NCBI GenBank assembly: GCA_048013815.1
Contig: CM106586.1
Span: forward strand, 6,510,001-6,574,000
DNA: 64,000 nt
Reading direction: 5' to 3'
DNA from: Setoptus koraiensis
Taxonomy: Eukaryota; Animalia; Arthropoda
How positions within the stretch are numbered: position 1 is the first letter of the stretch; every line of letters begins with the position of its first letter. The translations under genes were made by a program, and so were the position numbers. Shown one piece after another: positions 51,495 to 61,744 of the stretch. The notes under the pieces are model-generated. The model had not been told where the DNA came from. It worked only from the letters and a program-made list of their open reading frames with translations, and did not search any database.

Positions 51495-52693
51495 ATGAAA
51501 TCAGTGTTAGTTTTAGCATGCGTGACCGTTCTGGTTGCGCTCGGTTCAGATCGAGCGACCTGTGTAAAAAAATCAGCGAAAATCAATCACGGCGACAGTG
51601 TTTCAGAGGTATCGTTCGCAAACTTTGTTGCCCGATTCAACAAGCCCTACGCCAGCACTCCTAGCGAATATCACCATCGTAGCGCAATTTTCCGAAACAA
51701 TCTGGCGAAAATTGAGCGATTGAACCGACGAGAACAGAACAAGCCATTGAGCAGCGCCAAATATGGCGTGAATCTGTTTGCTGACATGAGCGAGGCAGAA
51801 TTCAAGCGACAAAAATTGGGACTGAAGCCCTTGTCAGCTGTCGATGAAGAGGCTTTAAGTAAGGGCCAGATGAATTTTAAAAAATTGTGGAAGCAACTGC
51901 TGAAAGAAGAGGGCAAATCCGAGCCGGAAATACTGCAAGCATTGCCGGAATCATTTGATTGGCGCGATCATGGCGCGGTCAGCGAGGTCAAAGACCAGGG
52001 CCAGTGTGGATCTTGCTGGGCCTTCTCCACCACAGGCAACATCGAGGGCCAGTTGAAAATAAACCGAAACGAGAGCGTCTCGCTGTCTGAGCAAGGTGAG
52101 TTTGCAAGTGCAAATATGCAAACAAAATAAATTGTAAATTTTCGCCAAGGTGAGATAGTAATAATTGTTGTCGTTTTGCAGAATTGGTCGATTGCGACGT
52201 TGTGGACGCCGGTTGCGACGGAGGCCTCATGACGAACGCCTTCGATCAAGTGATCAAGCTCGGCGGCCTAGTGAGCGAAAAAGACTACCCCTATATAGCG
52301 GAATCGGCCAATTGCACATTGAAGGAGAGGCAGAAAAAGTACACAATTAATGGTTTTGTGTCGCTGCCGCCAGAGGACGAGGACAAAATGAAGATATGGC
52401 TGGCGAAAAAGGGCCCCCTGGCTGTCGCTATAAACGCCGACAGTCTGCGATTTTACACCAAAGGAACGTTCCATCCAAACACAGTGGAGTGCCCCAACAA
52501 GAAAGATAATCTCGATCACGGCGTTCTGCTCGTCGGATACGGACAAGAATTGGTCAAGGGCCAGTCGCTGCCCTATTGGCTCATCAAGAACAGTTGGGCG
52601 GCCGATTGGGGCGAGGACGGCTTCTTCAAGCTGTACAGGGGCGACAACACGTGCGGCGTGTCGCTGTGGCCCTCGAGCGCCATCGTCCTATAA
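51495..52693 (+). CDS. Papain-family (C1A) cysteine protease with I29 prodomain, cathepsin F/L-like, 370 aa, 2 exons
   Basis: Exons 51495-52095 and 52182-52693 (phase 1; 1113 nt). Signal peptide, ERFNIN-type motif, [24 protein letters not shown] (catalytic Cys), [11 protein letters not shown] (His), YWLIKNSW (Asn). Confidence 0.95.
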
Positions 52694-52956
52694 CGAGCAC
52701 GACGTCAGCGAGCACATGAGATGTGATGAATACGATTACATAACGAATACATGATGAATATGAGACGAGTGTTGAATGCTGATATCTTGGTTTATTTTAT
52801 TTTGATCCTGTCACAGTGTTTTAATTGGAGATTTTACTTCGTTTAATTGATCGTTTTCCTTGTGTCCACTTGATTGCGCGCTGTCCAGTCGCTATGCGCA
52901 CCCATTTGCGTTGCGCACCCATTTGCGTCGCGCACCTAGCGCCTCTGGGGCACCTG

Positions 52957-55129
52957 TCCGACGAATATCTAGCGAATATCTAGGGCGCTCCGACTAATAT
53001 CAGTCGTCGCGGCAAATACTGCCACAAGATGATAGTGTCCAATTCGGTCACCTGGTGGCTGTTCTCAATGATGATGGTGTCGAACTTGCACCAGTTGTCC
53101 TCGAGAAACAATCTAGCCGCGTTGAATATGGTGCAGCACACTACCTGACATCCGGCCAGCACTTGGCGTTTTGAGTCGCGCTCGTATTTCAGCCAATCCT
53201 CCTTTCCTTCCGTGTCGAGATTCATAAACTCGGCCGGGTCCAGTTCGCTTTTGTTGGGCAGCCCGGGCTTGTCGCACGGTGGCTGATGGCGCATCAGCAC
53301 GTGCAAATAATACGACTTGCTGTTGTCCCGCTGAGGCCTATAACGGGGCCTTACATGAACCACCTTGAGCGTGCCTGATTCATCCAGCCTGTCGGCTGTT
53401 TTTTCCAGCTCTTGGTCCGTGGCAGCCACAATCAGTATCTTGGATTCGGGATGCGAGCGCGTCTCGTACAAATATTTCGAGAATGTCGCCAGCGTCATGG
53501 AGCGCACATCGGGGTTACTCTCCAACGCTAGCAGCGATATCCGTTCGCGCAGTACCGACCCTATGGTCTCCCGTAGGACTTGTGTCATGCCGTCGGGCCA
53601 CTCGGGCTCTTTGGCGTACTTGAGCACATGAATGGTGTTGTTTGGTGCAATCAGTTTGTCGCGCAAATAAAAGTCCGATATTATGCGCTGTTCTACGTAC
53701 GAATGCAACATCCGGCATTCGCGCAAAAACAGCAGCCTCACATCATGAAACGACAAATCAAAATTGCCCGTGCGTTCGATGCGCGTGTTGGCCGGAAGCA
53801 TGATGTACAGGCTCGTGTCGCGGTACGTCTCGGTATCGGGCAAATCCTCGCGCCGCATTACAATGCCCCGATTCTCGTACATCACCCGAGAGCGCACAAA
53901 TTCCACTACCATGCCGGGCCGAGCGTTTGCCAATAATTGTCGGTTGCATTGGCGCGCCACCGCGTAGCCGCGCTCGGGTTTTGGGTCCACCTCGACGTTT
54001 CGATGTCGGCATCCGGGTTCCACTGTTCTGGCGTGCCATCTCGTGAATACCGCTGTAATTTGTTGCATGTGTGCCTCTTCTCGTCGGGTCCAGTCATCAG
54101 GTGGGTCGCGCGGGGGCCTAAAATGGCATCGCCTGTTCCTTGGGAGCTGTGCCTCGGATGGTGTCAGCCCGTTGATCGAGCGCAAACGGGGGCACGTGCG
54201 CCTCAGCTCTAACCAGAATAAATCTATGCTCTCCGGCAGGGATTGATTTTCGTAAAATCTAAGCGCAAATGTCTCCAAATTGAGCGATTGCGTGGCCAGT
54301 CTCAGCAGGCCGTCGTACACTTCCAAATTGAACAGATCGTCGGCGTCTATGATGAGCGTCTGGAAGCTGTAGCGCCCCTCCGGATGCAAGAACAGGTGAG
54401 CCTTGAAGCCGCACTCGATGATGATGGGGTCGCGCATGGTGAGGTGCAACAGGCGGTCGCGCGTTGCGTCAAACAATTGGTCCAGTTCGTCGGGATCGTC
54501 CAGCATGATATAGTCCAAGGTGAGCGTGTGAAGCTTGCTTAAATTGACCACAAGAGCCAGCAGCTCGCCGTGCGCGAACGAGGTGCTGGTCACGTTCAAA
54601 CTCGTCACGTGCTCGCAATGATCCGTTACGATGCGATGATGATCGTGATGCACGCGCGGTATGACGCGGGCAAAATCGATATCGGTCACGTTGGGCGACT
54701 TCATGAACAGGGGCTCCAGCGAGGCCAGTTCGCGCGTTCGGGGCCTCCAACAGGCCAGCGACAGCTTCTTCAGGCCGACGTAGTGTTGTCTCACCAGCCT
54801 ATATAGGCTCCTGGAGACTCGAGACAGTCGGGCCAGAGCTATGTGTTCGCGTTCTAGCTGGCTCATGATGCGCAGCCAGACGTCGTCCGGCAATTGGCTG
54901 AAGGGGCGGCTCATGGCACCAGATTGCGCCCACTCCTCGGGAAATAGATAATTACCGGCAACTGGTAATTACGGGCCACGGGCTACGGGGATTACCTGTA
55001 GACACCAGTAATTAGTGGCTGCTTGGTTGTGGTGGCTAATTAGTGGCCGTTTGTTTACAGTGGCCAATTAGTTGCTAATTAGTGGCTAGTCCTATAGAAA
55101 TGGAAATTGCGTTTTAAATATTTGCGACT

Positions 55130-55160
<31 letters not shown>

Positions 55161-55729
55161 ATTGTGTGTGATTTATGGCGATTGGGTCTGGATATTGGTT
55201 GCGATCTTATCTCGATAAAGCGTTGTTGTGAAATGATACAAAATGAAACGAAACGAAATGATAAGACAAACAAACGACTCCAACAATGAATTGGTGCAAC
55301 AAATGAAACAACGCCCCATTGCTCAGGCCTGATGCAAGCAAACGTTTAGCTTGCGCTCGCGCCGTCCCATCGAGCATGCCAACCATTAATACTGGTGCAT
55401 CGCTCACAAAGCCAAAGCTCTTTGCACCTGTCTCAAGAGGTCGAGCTGGTGCAAGAGGTCGAGCTGGTGCACCAGGTCGATGCTTGTCGTGCACCTGTCG
55501 CACCGACCGTTGGATGGTGCACAGTCACCGGTGCACCTATAAACAAGCAGCACGACGTACACGCACGCCGACAGTCGACAGTGAAAGGGTATCGCCAATT
55601 GCGACCTGCAACAGTCAATGGGTACCAACTGCATGTCTAATCCCTATATTACTCATGTGTACTAGCCATGACCTTGGCGGCACAGAATCGAGTGCAACCG
55701 TTGGTCGACACCAACAACTAGTTGATTCT
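52957..55729. repeat. Segmental duplication, copy B (copy A at 34907-38218)
   Basis: See copy A. Copy B lacks the CSN2 insert and has a local expansion of an 18-bp unit (gcaagaggtcgagctggt) at about 55433-55482. Confidence 0.92.
52980..54914 (-). CDS. Intronless F-box, LRR, degenerate UPF1-like helicase N-half protein (644 aa); paralog without the insert
   Basis: [37 protein letters not shown] is an F-box; LRR-like repeats follow; the C-terminal half is collinear with UPF1 up to motif III (RRLILVGAP*). Confidence 0.88.
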   Translation of the reverse strand: MSRPFSQLPDDVWLRIMSQLEREHIALARLSRVSRSLYRLVRQHYVGLKKLSLACWRPRTRELASLEPLFMKSPNVTDIDFARVIPRVHHDHHRIVTDHCEHVTSLNVTSTSFAHGELLALVVNLSKLHTLTLDYIMLDDPDELDQLFDATRDRLLHLTMRDPIIIECGFKAHLFLHPEGRYSFQTLIIDADDLFNLEVYDGLLRLATQSLNLETFALRFYENQSLPESIDLFWLELRRTCPRLRSINGLTPSEAQLPRNRRCHFRPPRDPPDDWTRREEAHMQQITAVFTRWHARTVEPGCRHRNVEVDPKPERGYAVARQCNRQLLANARPGMVVEFVRSRVMYENRGIVMRREDLPDTETYRDTSLYIMLPANTRIERTGNFDLSFHDVRLLFLRECRMLHSYVEQRIISDFYLRDKLIAPNNTIHVLKYAKEPEWPDGMTQVLRETIGSVLRERISLLALESNPDVRSMTLATFSKYLYETRSHPESKILIVAATDQELEKTADRLDESGTLKVVHVRPRYRPQRDNSKSYYLHVLMRHQPPCDKPGLPNKSELDPAEFMNLDTEGKEDWLKYERDSKRQVLAGCQVVCCTIFNAARLFLEDNWCKFDTIIIENSHQVTELDTIILWQYLPRRLILVGAP

Positions 55730-55776
55730 GGTCTCTGTTTGGAAGCGATTATCCTCCATCTTGCGACCACATGCAA

Positions 55777-55915
55777 TGCCAAGATGCCGATATGCCAAGG
55801 TGCCGATATGCCAAGATGCCGAGATGCCGAGATGCCTAGGTGCCTAGGTGCCTAGGTGCCTAGATGCCTAGATGCCAGGGTGCTAAGATGTCGAGACGCC
55901 ATGGTGCCAAGATGC
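55777..55915. repeat. Degenerate 8-bp tandem repeat (tgccNag[a/g]), about 17 units
   Basis: tgccaaga tgccgata tgccaagg tgccgaga tgcctagg tgcctaga ... Confidence 0.85.
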
Positions 55916-56133
55916 ACGCTCCCTACCCGGTAGCCGAGGGAGGCTGCACATTGCATCTTGACGTGGCAGGACATAGCGGCATATCATGCGACCCCGGGTG
56001 CAAGGGGCATTTCGGCATTGCGCGAAATTCAAACAACCGAAAAATCAAAAGTAGTGTTCGGGCAGCAGGGGCAGCACATGTGGACTTATCGCCCAAATGG
56101 CAGGGCTATTGCCATGATGGCTATAGCCAAAAT

Positions 56134-56354
56134 GGCGATAAGGGCGATAAGGGCAGTAAGTGGTGAGGGAGTGATGGGAGAACACGGGAGAACACAGGAG
56201 AACATGGGAGAAAATTGTGGGGAGCGATGTCGCGGACAAGGCTGCCGGCAACACCCCTCCTCGCAGACACGTGTTTTCTCCCATGTTCCCCTGTGTTCTC
56301 CCGTGTTCTCCCATCACTCCCTCACCACTTACTGCCCTTATGGCCCTTATCGCC
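56134..56354. repeat. Long inverted repeat (81-bp arms, 2 mismatches, 59-bp spacer), foldback/MITE-like
   Basis: Left arm 56134-56214 (ggcgataagggcgataagggcagtaagtggtgagggagtgatgggagaacacgggagaacacaggagaacatgggagaaaa) is the reverse complement of 56274-56354 apart from two positions. Confidence 0.9.
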
Positions 56355-57818
56355 CTACTGGCCTTATCGGCAATTTGGCTATAAGTCGGGCGCAGAGCAG
56401 CGCCCTTATTGCCCGGGCAATAGGCCTATTGCCCGCACACTAATCAAAAGTACACTCAAAAGTCATTTCGCCCGCCAATTTCGAACACAAAAACGCTGGA
56501 TCTCGTCGGGCCGACAAGCAGCACGAAGCGTGCATCACGACCTCGAACTTGCACCAAATACAATGCCATGGATGCCGCGACGAGACGGCGAGGGAGACGG
56601 ACCGACAGAGACCTAATGTAAACTGATAGAGACAGAGAGAGAGAGAGAGAGAGACTCCGGCCAGTCGCCGGTGCAAATGCACACATATCAACAGAATGCG
56701 CCGGCACTGATTCCCGCAGCCACACCAAAGCAGTTTGAGCCTGTTCTCGTTCTCATGTGTAGCTCTGATTATGCTCAGGTGAGCTTGCGCAACAGCAGAT
56801 ATTCGGCCGGCGAACATTAGTTACGGGCATGAATGGTGAGCCTTGAGATGACCCAGCAGTATGGTGTCGTGATAATGCATTGGCCAACGATGCCAGCCGC
56901 CAGCCAATGCGCCTCGTCTGGCTCGATGCTGCAATTTTGTGTTGCCGCCGCTGTTTCCTTGGTGCAGCAGCAACAACAACATCAACTTATTCACCTGTTG
57001 GCATACTTTGTTACGCAATGCTTGTTTTGCTGGCGCCGGCGCTGCTGCTGCTGCTGCTGCAAGCAGCGTGAAATTGCAGCGTTTGCCGTGGTGCGCTGTG
57101 TTTAAACTTGCGCAAACACCGCATGAAGTGATGTGATGTGAGCTCTTCGGCTTGCGTAACACAACAGGTTGTTGGCCACAAAGTCAGTGGTTGAGTTTGG
57201 CTCAACTCACGCTGATGACCAGCCCATTTCGCCTGTTTCGGCTGGTCGGCGGCGGACGGGCCACGGCAAACGGCAAGTCACACACACCGACACTCGCACT
57301 CTTACGCCAGCAAATAGGATCAATCTATCGCTTGTGCTCGTCGTCGTCGTCGTCGGCGTACATTGTTCCACCGCACTTGTCCGCATTTTTTATCCGCAGC
57401 GCTTGTCCGCATTATTTATCCGCAGCATTTATCCGCAGCAGTTGTGCCGAACTAAATGGGACAACGACAGGCCTGACAGACACACCAACAAGCAAGCAAA
57501 CGAACCAGCCAACGAACGAACGAGCCAACGAACGAATCCGCGAACGAGCCAACGAACATGCCGCTGGCGACACAGTCTTAGTCAATACCGATTAGTCAGG
57601 CAATCGTCAAGTGTTATAACTGGGGCCAACTGGGATAAAACGTTGCCCAAGCCAAGCATCGAAAGAATTCACGCAATAAACGCACCTCAACATATCACTC
57701 ATCGGGCACTTGCAATCTCCCACTTCGAACAGAAGCAGTCAATTAAGCGAATATCAAGCACAGTTCAACTATACTCAGCATACAGTGGCCTGCAGTGGTG
57801 AAACAAGTGTCAAATATC

Positions 57819-59637
57819 ATGATGATGGAAATAGAGCTCGACCTGTGGGCCTCCCGATCGGATCCGGTTGATCACATGCTGGACGATGATCTCAACATAA
57901 ACAGTTTGACCAACATAAACACAATGTCGCCCTACGATCACGTCATAATACTCAACGATCGCCTAATGAGCGAATCAATGATAGCGTCACGAGTGGACCA
58001 CTGTTACATTCTCGACGACGATCACAATCACCAGCAGCAACAGCAACAGCAACAACAACAACAACAGCAGCAGCAGCAGTTGCAAAACAGTCATCTCAAC
58101 CAATTAAACAATCTCATCAACAGTGGCAATAATCAGCATAATAACAATCACTACGCCAATGATTCTGACGATCAGCAGCAGCAGCAGCAAGCCACCTCCG
58201 CCGCCTCCACCACTACAAGCTCCATCCGGCAAGCGCAATCTCAGTCACAATCGCATTCGCAATCACATTCGCAATCGCATGGCACAAATGGCAATAGCTC
58301 CGACAGATTGACGAGCACCAGTAATCATCAGCATCATCATCATCAGCAGCAACATGATTTATTGAGCTCAATGATTTCGTCGTCGTCGGCGCCGGCCCAC
58401 TCCACCTCGCCGTCGTCGTCGTTGATGTCTGTCACAAGTCACGATCACATTTACGACAACAACAACAACAATCACCTGTTGCTGCACAACAACAACAACA
58501 ACAACAGCACCAACAACCAGCAACAACCAATTTTTCTCAGCTCTGTCACAGGTTCTCAGGGCCCGGCCAATGACAATTATTCGCAATTTGTCTCTACCTC
58601 AACTAATTTCATTGTGGCCAATCAGCACAACAACAACAGCGGCAATAATCAACAGACCAGAAACCAGACGTTGATGGGCCAGCACCTACAGCAGCAACAG
58701 CAGCAGCAGCAACAACAACAACAACAACAACAACAACTGCTGTTCAACAGCCAACAACAAATATCATCGTCTAGCCACCAAATATCAAAGATCAGCTCGT
58801 CGTCGGGACAACTGCTGCGACAACACGCCAGCAGCGACAGCTCGACAATGACCTTCAACAATGACCCAACAAATCAGTTTGAACAGTTGCAGTTGCACCA
58901 ACAAGCGAATAATAATGGCAAGCTGACACCAACAACAAAGAGAAACGCCAACCAGACCAATCCGAGACAGAGGAACAAGCTGACAGCGGCATCACAAACT
59001 AACTCTATTACGACTAGTTCGTGCACCACGGCCACAACCGCACAACAAACAAACAAACCTCGGGCCCGTGCAAGTAAATCACAAACAAACAACAACAACA
59101 ACAACAACAACAAAACTGTCACAAGTGCTGCCAATGCCACCAGCACAAACAACTCACAAAATAAATCAGCGGCAACGGAAATTGTCAGTCAGTCTGGCGT
59201 TCAACTCAAGCATCTGCCATTATCGTCGTTGGTGTCGTCGTCGCCGCCCTCGCCAACTTACCTGACCTCTGGCATGGTGTTAACAAGCAGCCAAGTGTCA
59301 CCGTCATCGTCATCTCTATCATCATCATCATCTTCAGGAATATCTGTATCATTCTCATCATCGTCGTCGTCTACCTCGTCATTGGCCGATAGCAATGAGA
59401 GGCACGACGAACAAGTGAAGGCAATTGAGGACGAACTGACCACAAGTGCCAACTCAATACTCACTATTAGCACAACCAATAATGCAGCGCCGGTCAACAG
59501 CAACAACAACAATCACAGGGACGCCTCAAAACCTGTCACATCAACGTCCACTTATGAGGCCTCGTCATCTGTGGATAACGAGCTCGCCGAAGCGACACCA
59601 ACACACTCGCAACATGCCCCGATGGATATCACTGGGG
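57819..59637 (+). CDS. CrebA: First coding exon of a probable CrebA / CREB3L1-2-type bZIP factor (Q/N/S-rich N-terminus); gene is partial in this window
   Basis: DLWASRSDP...VIILNDRLMSESMIA.RVDHCYIL resembles the recalled CrebA N-terminus (DIWDSDLDP...VILNDKLISDAL...KTEHSYSL). Phase-1 donor G|GTAAGT at 59637/59638. The bZIP domain is not seen in the window. Confidence 0.55.
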
Positions 59638-61451
59638 GTAAGTGCCAAACAACATGTAACATGTTGTTGTTTATTAATACAACAAAACACTCAATGATTG
59701 AACTAGTAACAACTCAGTTGATCACTAGTTTGCCAGATAACTGACAGTTTTACCAGACTGTGAGCGCAACTCCATTCAAACAGCCACCATTCTAACAGGT
59801 TTGTGCCGTTGTCAAACGAATGAATTGTACGCTCGCCTTTTAGTTGTCCGTTATAACGGCCACATCGTTACGATCTCTGTTGTTTGTCTCTTTTTGCAAG
59901 CGACAGCCAGCCAGTGTTTTCGATACCGATGAACGCTTGCAAACGGCTCGAAATCAATTCGAAACGCACCACTAACATGTGCATCAGTGGCGAGATATCT
60001 CATTTAATTAGCAACTCATTGATAAACAATGAGCAATTGGCACCTTTTCGAAACATTCCAGCTCGAACTCAATTGCTTCGCTCCTAATTAATGCTTTAAT
60101 GCTTGCACAAGCAAAATTATTCATTCGATGAGTGGCAGACGTTGGTTGCGCTTGCTAGTAAAACAGGCAACGGACAAGAGTCGCCCATCGGAGCATATGA
60201 ATGCAAAAATATCACTCTTGGCCCTCTCGAACAACTCCATCGGGCTCCGCATCTCTTCAGCAGCGTCAATTGGCAGCTTTGTACTTGTTGCAGTTGGATC
60301 TTCTTTCTCTACTAGTGGAAAAAAAGAGAGATTCCATTCTTCGGATGTGTTACACCGGCCTTCATTCGAACACAAGGGTCGTCAGTTGGAAACCGATTCG
60401 GTTTTGGTTGCTTGATAAAATCGGCCTTTTATTGTTGATAATAAAAACAGGCTCAACCTCGCGATATAAAGGCAACCGTCAAAGTTAAAACTCAGCGAGA
60501 GCCTCCTTGCCATTGATTGCCGAACGCACAGATATATCTCAGCAGATGACATGCTGTTAGTGATGTCTTTTTGTTGTGACCCCAATCCCTTTCGAAAATG
60601 AATCATTTTCGTTGAGATCAAATAATCGAATGTCATGTGACCAAATAGTTAACAAGCATAACTAGACTTAATTGATTCAATATACGATTGCCAGTTTGTT
60701 GCTAAAGATTTATTATTTTCAATCGGCATCGGAAAAACGATTCAAAGTGCTACTCAAAAGCTACCGAGTCAACCTTAGAGAAACACATTTTGATACCTGT
60801 GTAGTAAAAGAACGATCACCATATTGATTACGTGAGAGAGAGTGACTTGCTCTGTCCCAAACCTGTGTGACAATAATCGTGCAAATAGTTTCCACATAAA
60901 TGTAGCTATATTACATAAATGTAGCTATATAATATCGCCGTAGCTACAACTTTTACTTGTTGATTCTTGGACTTGTTTCTTAGATCATCATCATCGTCAT
61001 TTGGTCACTTTATGGTGGTATAGAAATGCCATGCTAAACACATTTCTTCCATTAGGTAGTAGTGTGCAATGTGATATTGAGCCACTTGAGATGATTCTGC
61101 AGCTCTGAGTGTGATCGTAGGTCTACTGGGCTGGCTGGAAATAAACCAAGCGAGATACCGAGAGCGCATATTTACCACTGGCTCTCTTCAATATACTAAA
61201 GGTGGTCCATACGCACAACATACATCACGATAACGATTGCTAGAGCGATCATCGATTTCTTTCTTCAGGCAGCGTGTAGAGCAAATGTAGCCGAGATTAA
61301 AGCCAGCAGCCATGTTGATTATGTACAAGAGTAAGTAGTATAAGTAATAGATTAGACGCTGGACAGCACAAAAACTTCTTCGTTCACCTGTGTTGCGTAA
61401 CAAAAATAAGTAGATGCAGCAGAAAGCTCTCACTATGGTCTCACACAATTA

Positions 61452-61744
61452 AAGGGTGTTTCAATCAAAGCGCTAATGGAGTACTGTCAAGGCTACGGCT
61501 GCCTTCCACAGTGCTTTTTTTTTCGATATTTGTCGATGCACTCTGGAAGTTACAGTGTGCAGAGAGAGACTATGTGCAGCGCGAAATTGATAATTGTGCC
61601 GAGCGAATGGAACTTTTCTTGACCTCAACACGGTCCATCTGATTTGTTGTGCTGAATTTCATTTGATCACCACTTCGGAAAGAATATGTGCTAGCGAGCA
61701 GCACAGTGTGTTTTCTCGATTTGCGCTTTGATTGAAACACCCTT
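61452..61744. mobile_element. Tc1/mariner-type MITE (293 bp) in the presumed CrebA intron
   Basis: Perfect 22-bp TIRs aagggtgtttcaatcaaagcgc (61452-61473) and gcgctttgattgaaacaccctt (61723-61744), flanked by TA on both sides (61450-61451 and 61745-61746). No coding capacity. Confidence 0.85.
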
